NCBI GenBank assembly: GCA_963793865.1
Contig: CAWCBP010000001.1
Span: 192,001-256,000, forward strand
Source: an uncultured delta proteobacterium
GTDB taxonomy: Bacteria > Desulfobacterota > WTBG01
Reading direction: 5' to 3'
DNA: 64,000 bases
Below the pieces are notes generated by a model, which had not been told where the DNA came from, made no database searches, and saw only the letters and a program-made list of their open reading frames with translations. A program made the position numbers and the translations under genes. Positions 27,868-36,535 of the stretch are shown here, in pieces. The first letter of the stretch is position 1. Every line of letters begins with the position of its first letter.

Positions 27868-28092
27868 CTATGACGATCCGCAGGAGCTGCAGTTGTGACT
27901 GGAGCAGCTGCTGCAGCCGCTGCCGGACGAGCTGCTGACGAAACTGCCCCCGGATTTGAAGGCAAAAGCTGACATGAGCTTTTTGACATCGCTTCCCTTG
28001 CATTTTGGACAGATGACGTCAGAGGCTTGACCAAATACCAGCTCCTCAAAGTCTTCCCCGCAACCTGAGCAATGAAATTCATAAATGGGCAT
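27868..28092 (-). CDS. FmdB-family zinc ribbon protein
   Basis: MPIYEFHCSGCG..FE.L...CPKC.G..V.K.MS, Cys/Ser-rich tail. Confidence 0.9.
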   Translation of the reverse strand: MPIYEFHCSGCGEDFEELVFGQASDVICPKCKGSDVKKLMSAFAFKSGGSFVSSSSGSGCSSCSSHNCSSCGSS

Positions 28093-28319
28093 AGGTACCA
28101 CCTCCGTGATAAAAAACTATAACAAGTATTTCCCTTTTTCGCAAATAGTTTGTGAGAGTCGAAATTAAGCGACTCATAATCATTTTTGTTGAATTGGGAA
28201 GGTGTTTTCCTATATAGTTGCACTGTCTTTGCGCGGGCATGGTTGACGTTAAAGCCTGCCGCCACCGTTAATCAACACCAAAGAAGCCTTGAACAGCATT
28301 GAAGCTAAAGGAGGAAGCG

Positions 28320-29783
28320 ATGTTTCCGTACAATTCAATGAGGGATTTTGTGGCAGAACTGGAGAAAAGGAACCGCTTTATCAGAATTAAGGAGATTGAC
28401 CAGGATGTCTATGAGTCAACGGCATTGATTTACAAGATGCTGGAGCGCCTCGGAGATAAGGCCCCCGGATTTCTGGCTGAAAGGACAAAGATCGGAGGGA
28501 AATGGTTCGATACCCCGGTGGTGGGAAACATTTATAACGGCTATGATACGGTTGCGCTGGCCTTCGGGGTTGAGAACGTAACCGATGTTTCCATTGACAT
28601 GTATCATGCGGCCGTTGACCGCATACAGACATTTTTGCAGCCGGACGGCAGGTGGAAGGAAATTCCCCCGGTGGTGGTTAAACGGGAAAGCGCGCCTTGC
28701 AAGGAGGTTGTGTTAACCGGGAAGGAAGCGGATGTGCTCACGTTTCCCTGGATCAGGAACAGCCCCCTCGACGCTGCTCAGTATATCAGCGCCGGTTCCT
28801 TTGTCATGCGTGATCCGGAGATCGGAAAGAATCTGGGCACCTATCGCATCCATATCAAGGGACCTCAAAAGATCGGGGCTTATTTTACCAACCAGAGCCA
28901 CGGCTATGCCATGATGATGAAAGCGGCCGACCGGGGCGAAGAAACGGTTCCCGTCGCCATAGCGGTGGGGATTGATCCCATCTCCTGGATGATGAGCAGC
29001 ACCAGGCTTGCCGACATGGGGGTGGACGAATTTGCGGTGGCGGGAGGATTCAGGGGGAAGCCTGTCGAACTGGTACAATGCGAGACGAACGATCTGCTGG
29101 TCCCCGCGCAGGCGGAATTTATCATTGAGGGTGAAATTCCCATGGAAGTGGAGGCAGAAGGACCCTACGGCGAGATGTTCGGGTACCTGGGAAAGGAGAC
29201 CACCACTTTCTTTGTCAATGTCAAGGCCATAACCCACCGCAGGAACCCCTGGGTTTTTAATATTTATTGCGGGGCCGGTTCCGGCTATTTTACCATGCCC
29301 TGGGATGTGGGTAATTTTGTGCGCATGAAAAAACTCCTTCCCAGCCTGGTTAAAATCTTTTCACCCCCGCACGCTCCGACCATGGGGATCATAAGCATTG
29401 ACAAGAAGTTTCCCGGTGAGGGTATTGAGGCGGGAATGCTGGCCCTCGGGTACAGGATGTACGGTTTCAGCAAAAAGGTATTGATCGTGGTTGATAAGGA
29501 TGTTGACCCGGCGGACATATCCCGGGTTCTGCACGCGGTAGCTACCCGATGGCAGCCCGGTCCTGCGAGCCTGATCATAAACCAGTCATTTCATATGCCC
29601 ATCGATCCCAGCTTAAAGGAGATGTTCCTGAGCAGCAAAATTGTTATTGATGCCACGCGCCAGCTCTCCAGTGAAGGAGGCCCGGAATTGTTCCCGGAGG
29701 ATCTCAGGACGGCATTGAAAGAGCGGGTGCCGGAGTCATTTGACCTGGTGGAGAAGAAGTGGGACAGCTATTTCAGGAAGTGA
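28320..29783 (+). CDS. UbiD-family (prFMN-dependent) (de)carboxylase
   Basis: RDFV..LE, N.GTYR, VAIAVG.DP, VPA.AE.IIEG, EGPYGE, IVVD.DVD, IDAT; GGAGG RBS. Confidence 0.92.
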   Translation: MFPYNSMRDFVAELEKRNRFIRIKEIDQDVYESTALIYKMLERLGDKAPGFLAERTKIGGKWFDTPVVGNIYNGYDTVALAFGVENVTDVSIDMYHAAVDRIQTFLQPDGRWKEIPPVVVKRESAPCKEVVLTGKEADVLTFPWIRNSPLDAAQYISAGSFVMRDPEIGKNLGTYRIHIKGPQKIGAYFTNQSHGYAMMMKAADRGEETVPVAIAVGIDPISWMMSSTRLADMGVDEFAVAGGFRGKPVELVQCETNDLLVPAQAEFIIEGEIPMEVEAEGPYGEMFGYLGKETTTFFVNVKAITHRRNPWVFNIYCGAGSGYFTMPWDVGNFVRMKKLLPSLVKIFSPPHAPTMGIISIDKKFPGEGIEAGMLALGYRMYGFSKKVLIVVDKDVDPADISRVLHAVATRWQPGPASLIINQSFHMPIDPSLKEMFLSSKIVIDATRQLSSEGGPELFPEDLRTALKERVPESFDLVEKKWDSYFRK

Positions 29784-29812
29784 AGAGGGCTTTTATCTGC
29801 CAAAAAGGTCTT

Positions 29813-30550
29813 TTATTGTGTCCGAAGCATCTTTAAGGCCGCTGGAGTTTTTTTGCCGACATCCTCGATGACGGTTTCCTTGAGTTCCTTGTTTAAGAGC
29901 CGAACCAGCGCGGGAGAGGTGATTCCTTCATAAAGTTCGGACAGTACGATCTTAAACGCCTCTGATGGGGGCAGTCCGCCTTCCTTTTCACCTATGTCCG
30001 TGAGGTGTATGTCCTGCAGCCGCGCGCTTATTTTGTGCCCGACCGCCGCGGAGATGGCAAGCGTTACCTCGGCATCACGGATGAAAAGATCCCTGATAAT
30101 CAGCTTCTTGCCCTCTCTGTCCGCGGCAGGACGGTCCGCTGTCGGCGGCTTGCTGTCATAGCTCCTGACGTTTTTGAGCAGTTGTTTGAAGTTGTCCTTT
30201 CCCCACACCTTTTCGTAATTGATCTCCGGCCGAATCAGTTCGATTTTATCAATGACAATGGTATTGCCAACCAGAGACGCTTCATTTAAATCGAGATGGA
30301 TGGACGGTGCTTTCAGGGCATAGGGTGTTTTGAATCCTTCCGGATTTCCCAGGTAAAAGTTTGAGAGCCGGGCTTCCCCGGTGAAAAGAAGAACGCGCAC
30401 ACCTTCAACATGCACCGTTGCCTGTGTCAGGGAGGGCCCGTAGGTGTTGACGGTTTTCGTGATCAGCGCCCCCAGGTTCCATAAAGTTGCGAGCGCTATA
30501 ATCATCACGGCGAAGACAAGGCATGCGGCAATGATCAACCACTTTTTCAT
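29813..30550 (-). CDS. Membrane-anchored hypothetical protein, AsmA-like
   Basis: N-terminal TM helix, beta-rich body with LGNPEGF motif. Confidence 0.6.
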   Translation of the reverse strand: MKKWLIIAACLVFAVMIIALATLWNLGALITKTVNTYGPSLTQATVHVEGVRVLLFTGEARLSNFYLGNPEGFKTPYALKAPSIHLDLNEASLVGNTIVIDKIELIRPEINYEKVWGKDNFKQLLKNVRSYDSKPPTADRPAADREGKKLIIRDLFIRDAEVTLAISAAVGHKISARLQDIHLTDIGEKEGGLPPSEAFKIVLSELYEGITSPALVRLLNKELKETVIEDVGKKTPAALKMLRTQ

Positions 30551-30998
30551 AATTCATCCCGGGGAATGATTCAATGTGTGGCCTGCCTCAATACAGGCCG
30601 ATTGTTTTAAGAACAGGGTATCGTAACGATTTAATGAAAGCAACTTTTTTATGGCCGGGGGAAATATCATATAGGTATTACAGTTTATTATTTATTAAAT
30701 AATCTCAATTAATCTTATATATGCTTAAATATTACTAATTAATCTTTTAGCGCATCTTAAACGATGTATAGGATTTAAGTATATGATAATTAATGTATTT
30801 TAAAAAAGTCTCTCTGTAGATTATTCTGCGCTGATCGCTGAGTCAGGCTGAAGGTGTGCCGGCCAATTGATACAACTATTTGATATATTTGAATATAATT
30901 TGAGACGCTTTACATATGCTCCCCGTGCTCAACGAATGTGACCGTGATGCGTGACTTATGCCGGGTGTGACCGGGACTAAATTTTTTTAAATTTCTAC

Positions 30999-31110
30999 TA
31001 GCCAAAGATATTCTAATGTGCTACTATGCTTTTGCTGGTTGTGGAACAAGTCCCTCCTTGTTACGGCATTAAGAAAAACTTCTTGCCATCCATAACCAGC
31101 TATTTTTTTA
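30999..31110 (+). promoter_or_regulatory. Putative promoter and structured leader of AOR gene
   Basis: TAGCCA-17 nt-TACTAT with extended TG; 12-bp stem 31034-31045/31089-31100 enclosing two hairpins, then T run. Confidence 0.5.
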
Positions 31111-31177
31111 TCCTTACGGGTTCAGTTACATGAAATTGGCTTCGAAGGGTATGCTTCGGTAGCGGGAGGCACGGATC

Positions 31178-33334
31178 ATGAAGTACGCATCATTATCATA
31201 TAAAAGAGCCGGGCTTGCAAAAGGCTATACCGACCGGCTGTTGCACATTAATCTCAGCAATTATGCAATTGCCATTGAGCCCATAGCTGCAGAGGTAAAA
31301 AAGATCTACGTAGGCGGCAGGGGCTACTGTCTGAAACTGGTTTATGACGGGACAACAGCAACAACACGGTATGACAGTCCCGAAAATGTGCTTGCGCTCT
31401 CCGGAGGGCCGTTTTGTGGAGAAACCGGCTTTGTCGGGACCGGGAAGTTTATTGCGGGAACCATATCGCCGCTGACCAACAGTTTCTGTGATTCGAACGT
31501 GGGCGGCCATTTTTTTCCGCTGGTCAAATTATCCGGGTTTGATGCCATTGCCGTCACCGGTAAATCAGAGCGAAGAGTGCTGGTGGTTATCGATGCTGAT
31601 GCTGAAGAGATAAGTGTTGTTGATGCCCCGGCGGCTGATGTCACCATTCATGGGGCGGAGGAATTGGTGCAACGCTTCCAAGGTGAAGGGAAACCGACAA
31701 ATATCGCATTTGTTACGGCGGGTGTCGGCGCGCAGAACACCTGGTTTGGCTGCCTGAACAGTGTTTACTATGACAGCCGCCGGAACCGCTGCCGATCAAA
31801 ACAGGCCGGCCGTGGCGGAACAGGTACGGTGCTTGCTGCAAAAGGCATGTGGGGGATACTGGTGAAATGCAATATTCCCCGCGGCCATTCAAACCAGCCG
31901 GCGCATCAGGATAAAATCCAGGACGCGGGACATAAACTGCGCGAGGTTATCAAGGAAGTCGATCCCCAGTCCATGCGCCTCAACAACCAGGGCACGACCT
32001 CGCTTATTGATATGATGAACAGTAACGAGCTGCTGCCGGTGAATAATTTTCAGTTCGGCAGCAACGAGCGTGCGAAAAATGTCTCCGGTAAAATATTTGA
32101 GAAGGAGGTTTTCAAGCAGAACATGCCGGACGGCTGCTATCCCGGCTGCAATTTATCCTGCACCAAGGGGTGCGAAAGTCATGTGCTCACAACCGGACCG
32201 TTTGCGGGAAAGCAGGTCGGGGTTGACGGCCCGGAATATGAAACGGCCGCCACCGCCACCAATCTGGGAATTTTTGACATCGACTACATGCTCGAATACT
32301 CATGGTACTGTGATCAGTACAGCCTGGATACCATCAGCGCCGGCGTCACCATGGCATTTCTTTTTGAGGCCTATGAGCGTGGCCTGCTGACGAAAGAAGA
32401 GACCGGCGGGCTGGAACTTCGCTGGGGTGATGCGGCTATCGCCCTTGAGCTCCTGCACCGGATTGCGGCGGGAAAGCCCGGGCTGCCCAGGGCGGCGGGA
32501 TTCGGGGTTCGCTTTATGAAAGAATGGATCACGGAGCGGGCTGCGGCGCGCCTTAAGCGCAGTAAGGAGAGTATTCTTTCGGAGCTTTCACTTTTTGCCA
32601 TGGAGACCAAGGGGCTCGAGTTCTCCATGTACATTACCAAGGAATCGCTCGCCCAGCAGGGTGGATACGGCTTTGCACTGAAGGGACCGCAGCATGATGA
32701 ATCCTGGCTGATTGCCATAGACCAGTTGCGCAAGGAGCTGCCGACATTCGAGGATAAGGCGGAGGCCCTGCTCTGGTTTCCGCTCTTTCGGACCTGGTTT
32801 AATATTGCCGGGTTGTGCAAACTTCCCTGGATTGACGTGCGCAATCCCAAGGCAAAGGATACACCCTCTCCGTCAAAAAACCTGCCCACGGTGGATTACT
32901 ATATCGAACTGGTAAACGGGACCTTCGGCACCAGCAACACCCTTGATGATCTGCTGCTCCAATCGGAGCGCTGTTATTTGCTGCAGAAGCTGATCAATCT
33001 CCGCCAGGGGTTTGGGACCAGGCAATACGACGCCATTCCGCTGCGGGCCATGGCGCCGGTCTTTATGAATGAATACCTCTCGCGGAAGGATTACTACGAA
33101 TCATACCTGCGGGATATGGCGAAGATAAATCCTGATGGCAGATCAGACGAGGAGAAGATGGCGCTGCTGCAGGACTTTCGCAGGAAGCAGTATGAAACGC
33201 TGACCGATGTGGTCTACAAGGAAAAGGGCTATGACAGGAACGGCATACCCACTGATGAGACCATGAAACGGCTCGGCTTTGACAGGCCCGAGTTTATGGC
33301 CATCGTCCGGGACGCCCGGAAACGGGCGGGGTAA
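31178..33334 (+). CDS. aor: Aldehyde:ferredoxin oxidoreductase (tungstopterin AOR family)
   Basis: GGRG, SPLT..DSNVGG, AGRGG.G.V...K, C..GC...C, GPEYET, LDTIS.G, KGLE, GLC, G.P. Confidence 0.93.
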   Translation: MKYASLSYKRAGLAKGYTDRLLHINLSNYAIAIEPIAAEVKKIYVGGRGYCLKLVYDGTTATTRYDSPENVLALSGGPFCGETGFVGTGKFIAGTISPLTNSFCDSNVGGHFFPLVKLSGFDAIAVTGKSERRVLVVIDADAEEISVVDAPAADVTIHGAEELVQRFQGEGKPTNIAFVTAGVGAQNTWFGCLNSVYYDSRRNRCRSKQAGRGGTGTVLAAKGMWGILVKCNIPRGHSNQPAHQDKIQDAGHKLREVIKEVDPQSMRLNNQGTTSLIDMMNSNELLPVNNFQFGSNERAKNVSGKIFEKEVFKQNMPDGCYPGCNLSCTKGCESHVLTTGPFAGKQVGVDGPEYETAATATNLGIFDIDYMLEYSWYCDQYSLDTISAGVTMAFLFEAYERGLLTKEETGGLELRWGDAAIALELLHRIAAGKPGLPRAAGFGVRFMKEWITERAAARLKRSKESILSELSLFAMETKGLEFSMYITKESLAQQGGYGFALKGPQHDESWLIAIDQLRKELPTFEDKAEALLWFPLFRTWFNIAGLCKLPWIDVRNPKAKDTPSPSKNLPTVDYYIELVNGTFGTSNTLDDLLLQSERCYLLQKLINLRQGFGTRQYDAIPLRAMAPVFMNEYLSRKDYYESYLRDMAKINPDGRSDEEKMALLQDFRRKQYETLTDVVYKEKGYDRNGIPTDETMKRLGFDRPEFMAIVRDARKRAG

Positions 33335-33349
33335 GAACCGGTATTGCGG

Positions 33350-34102
33350 TCAAGCGATTTTGTCCCGCTGCAAAATTTCCCCTTCGGCGCTGACCACCAC
33401 TTTTTCAATGGGGATGCTGACGCCCGCCTGCTCCATCCCTCCCTTGACCATCAGCGGCAGCCCCTGGCAGCAGGGGACCTCCATTACCACCACGGTAACG
33501 CTCTTTATACCCGCAGTCTTGAAGATCTGGGCGAACTTTTCCTTATACAAAGCAGCGTCATCAAATTTCGGGCAGCCGATCATTACCGCCTTGCCTTTCA
33601 GAAAATCCCGGTGAAAATGAGGGTAGGCCACCGGCGTACAGTCGGCGGCCACCAGCAGGTCAGCATTTTTCAGGAAGGATGCTGTAGGCTGTACCAGGCG
33701 GATCTGTACCGGCCAGTGGGCAAGGGCTGATTGCTGTACGGTATCTTTACCTGCTGCGTGTGCCGGGGGTTGATGTTTCCGCCCCGATAAAATGCGGGTC
33801 TGTGCAGATGGGCATCCCGCCGGAGAAGCGGCAGCCTCTGAGGGATGATGTTGCGCTGACCCCTGCAGATGTTTTTCCACCGCCTGCTCGTCGAATTCAT
33901 CTGCAGTCCGCTCAATGATGTGCAGGGCGTCCTGTGGGCATTCTCCAAGGCATGCGCCCAAACCGTCGCAATATTGGTCGGATATCAAACGGGCCTTGCC
34001 GTCAACTATTTTAATCGCACCCTCAGCGCATGACAGCACGCACTGCCCGCAGCCGTTGCAGCGCTCATCGTCTATTTCCACAATCTTTCGCTTTACCTTC
34101 AT
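33350..34102 (-). CDS. 4Fe-4S dicluster protein with Cys-rich C-terminal domain
   Basis: CNGCGQCVLSC, CDGLGACLGECP, WPVQ, LVAADC, GCPKFD, MEVPCC. Confidence 0.9.
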   Translation of the reverse strand: MKVKRKIVEIDDERCNGCGQCVLSCAEGAIKIVDGKARLISDQYCDGLGACLGECPQDALHIIERTADEFDEQAVEKHLQGSAQHHPSEAAASPAGCPSAQTRILSGRKHQPPAHAAGKDTVQQSALAHWPVQIRLVQPTASFLKNADLLVAADCTPVAYPHFHRDFLKGKAVMIGCPKFDDAALYKEKFAQIFKTAGIKSVTVVVMEVPCCQGLPLMVKGGMEQAGVSIPIEKVVVSAEGEILQRDKIA

Positions 34103-34130
34103 GGCATTGCTCCGTTCCAGCCTCAGGATT

Positions 34131-34865
34131 TCAGTTCTCATGTACAAGGATTTTTTGTGCCAGTTTTCCCCCGCTCACCGTCAGAAATGATTTTTCTATA
34201 ATACTGGAGAGCTTGTCCCAATCAAGGGGAGACTCACTATGCTTTTCCTCGAGGTTGACGATCAGGTCGGCATCATAGAGGATCTTGAAATTGACGGTCT
34301 CCTCTGCGCGGGGATGGTGATGGTGGCCGATAATGTCGCACACCTCATCAATCAACTCCGGTGTTGCGCCCAGCCTGGTCAGGATGTCCCGCGCTACAGG
34401 CGGACCTTCCTGCTCCTGATAGGAGGCCTTATTACTGTGGTACTTGCGCTCGGCCTCTTTAATGCCGATGTCATGCAGGTAGCCGGCTATCAGCACCACT
34501 GCCATGTCTCCCTTCTCCTCCTTCACCAGCTGCTCCGCGTATCGGGCCACCTTTGAGGCATGACCGATGCGCTTGAAGTCCTGCCCGAAGTAGCGCTTCA
34601 TCTCCACTGCCACCCGGTTCTTGAGCAGGTCCTTGCGCTGAGCGAGCAACTCCGGCGGGAGGTCACCGAGGCATTGGGAGGCGTAGGGGCAGTAGGATGC
34701 GCAGCCGAAATCAATTTTCGGATTGATGACTTTGCGCCCGCATTTTTTACAGGTGCGGCTTGACTCATCCTTGAAGAATTCCATGCTGCTGCCGCATGCA
34801 GGGCAGGTGGTTTCAAAGATGGCATCGGGCCCCCAGTAACGCATATCCTGTCCGGGACACTTCAT
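34131..34865 (-). CDS. HD-domain phosphohydrolase with N-terminal Cys-rich metal-binding domain
   Basis: CPGQD, CPACG, CKKCG, GCASYCPYASQC; H...LHDIG...HHH...DAD. Confidence 0.9.
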   Translation of the reverse strand: MKCPGQDMRYWGPDAIFETTCPACGSSMEFFKDESSRTCKKCGRKVINPKIDFGCASYCPYASQCLGDLPPELLAQRKDLLKNRVAVEMKRYFGQDFKRIGHASKVARYAEQLVKEEKGDMAVVLIAGYLHDIGIKEAERKYHSNKASYQEQEGPPVARDILTRLGATPELIDEVCDIIGHHHHPRAEETVNFKILYDADLIVNLEEKHSESPLDWDKLSSIIEKSFLTVSGGKLAQKILVHEN

Positions 34866-35112
34866 CGACGGCTTCCCTTGAGAATTGAAGAGAGCTTATT
34901 AAGATTGCTTAAGTATAGGAAAATGACCTTTGGATGTCAATAGCCATGCCGGCTGATGATCTTTTGCCGACAGTCAGTTTCCTGATTTTCGTTTCCAGTT
35001 GCATTCAATAGCTGCTTCTCAAATTCAGAACATTAGCCTTGACACAAAATTGACCTCTGTCCTATAGTGACCCTGCACATCCGCGAGCCTGATAAACAAT
35101 CAATTGCAGTAT

Positions 35113-35257
35113 GAGATTGCTTTGTCGCTGGTGCTCCCTGGCCGGGAAGTCACTCTCCGCGCTGTCATGGCATACGGGCAGGCCTCGCAATGACGTTATC
35201 AGTACGTTGTTACTTGCTTCCGTCATTGCGAGCGACCGAAGGGAGCGCGGCAATCTC
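35113..35257. repeat. Palindromic intergenic repeat (GAGATTGC...GCAATGAC / GTCATTGCGAG...GCAATCTC)
   Basis: Two inverted units; related copy at 46590-46704. Confidence 0.7.
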
Positions 35258-35316
35258 GTTTTCGGACAAGACTGTAGACTGTTAAATTCATTACCGACCA
35301 CCAACAGGGGGATTTT

Positions 35317-36282
35317 ATGGCAATCAAGGAAATCAAGGCGAAGGATCTGAACACCAAAGCGTTTATACGCCAGCAGGCAGATGCCATTTCCCGGCAGGTG
35401 GGCAATGGCTATGCCATCAATGCCCTCTCCGGCGGGGTTGACTCATCTGCCGTAACCATGCTCGGGCACATTGCCCTGGGAGAACGGCTCAAAACCTACT
35501 TCGTCGACAACGGCATCATGCGCAAGGGTGAGCCGGAAGAAATCGTGCGCATCTTTAAAAAGCTCGGGGTAAAGGTCGAAGTGGTGAACGCGCAGAACAA
35601 GTTTTTTTCCGCCCTGAAGGGCATTACCGACCCCGAGGAGAAACGGGAGGCCATCACCCAGACATTCTACAAGGATGTGTTCGGCCGCCTGGTGTCGAAG
35701 AGCAGGGCCCGTTATTTGCTGCAGGGCACCATCCTCACCGACGTCGACGAGACGGTAGCGGGCATCAAGCGCCAGCACAATGTGTTCGCGCAGCTCGGCA
35801 TCGATCCGCAGAAGGCCTTCGGCTACAACATTCTTGAGCCGCTGCTGCAGCTGCGTAAAGACGGCGTGCGCAAGCTCTCCAAAGCCCTGGGCCTGCCGGC
35901 ATCCATATACAACCGCCCGCCCTTTCCCGGCCCGGCGCTTGCCGCCCGCGTCATCGGCGAAGTCACGCGGGAGAAAATTGCTCTTGTCCGCGAGGCCACG
36001 GCCGTGCTTGAAAGCGAACTGAAAAAAACAAAGGCCTTTCAGTTCATGGCCATTCTGCATCAGGACCGTGTGACCGGCATGCGGGCCAACAAGCGCGATT
36101 TCGGACTGCAGATAGAGGTGCGTTGCTGGGACAGCGTCGATGCGCGCACTGCCCGTCCGACACGGCTGCCTTATCCCGTGCTTGAAAGGATCGCGCGCCG
36201 CATGACAGCCGAAGTGCCCGGCGTGGTCAGCGTGACCTACCACATCGCCACCAAGCCGCCTTCAACCATGGAGGTGATATAG
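35317..36282 (+). CDS. guaAB: GMP synthase ATP-pyrophosphatase subunit (stand-alone, no glutaminase domain)
   Basis: ALSGGVDSS, VDNG.MRKGE, TDPEEKR, LLQGT...D, IKRQHNV, EPL..L.KD.VR, PFPGP.LA.R, KPPSTME. Confidence 0.88.
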   Translation: MAIKEIKAKDLNTKAFIRQQADAISRQVGNGYAINALSGGVDSSAVTMLGHIALGERLKTYFVDNGIMRKGEPEEIVRIFKKLGVKVEVVNAQNKFFSALKGITDPEEKREAITQTFYKDVFGRLVSKSRARYLLQGTILTDVDETVAGIKRQHNVFAQLGIDPQKAFGYNILEPLLQLRKDGVRKLSKALGLPASIYNRPPFPGPALAARVIGEVTREKIALVREATAVLESELKKTKAFQFMAILHQDRVTGMRANKRDFGLQIEVRCWDSVDARTARPTRLPYPVLERIARRMTAEVPGVVSVTYHIATKPPSTMEVI

Positions 36283-36535
36283 GGCAATCTGCGGGAGGGT
36301 GTAAAAAGGGTTCCTTCGTTCAGAAAGTAATAGAGGCGTGTTGCAATACGCCTCTATTACTTATGAGAGCAAGAGGGATCAACAGGAAAACCGGCAGCCA
36401 CGGGACAAACAAAGGTACAATATTGTTCTTTGCTGCTGTCATGGAGAATGATAAAGAAGATAGTGCTGCATTGCCGCAGGTATCACTATAACCATTGCAA
36501 GTTGTAACATTAAACTTTAGGAATTGTTTCGCAAC

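Noticed and set aside
30600..30900. Replication origin in the AT-rich gap
   Set aside because: No clustered DnaA boxes or iterons seen; consistent with a divergent promoter region
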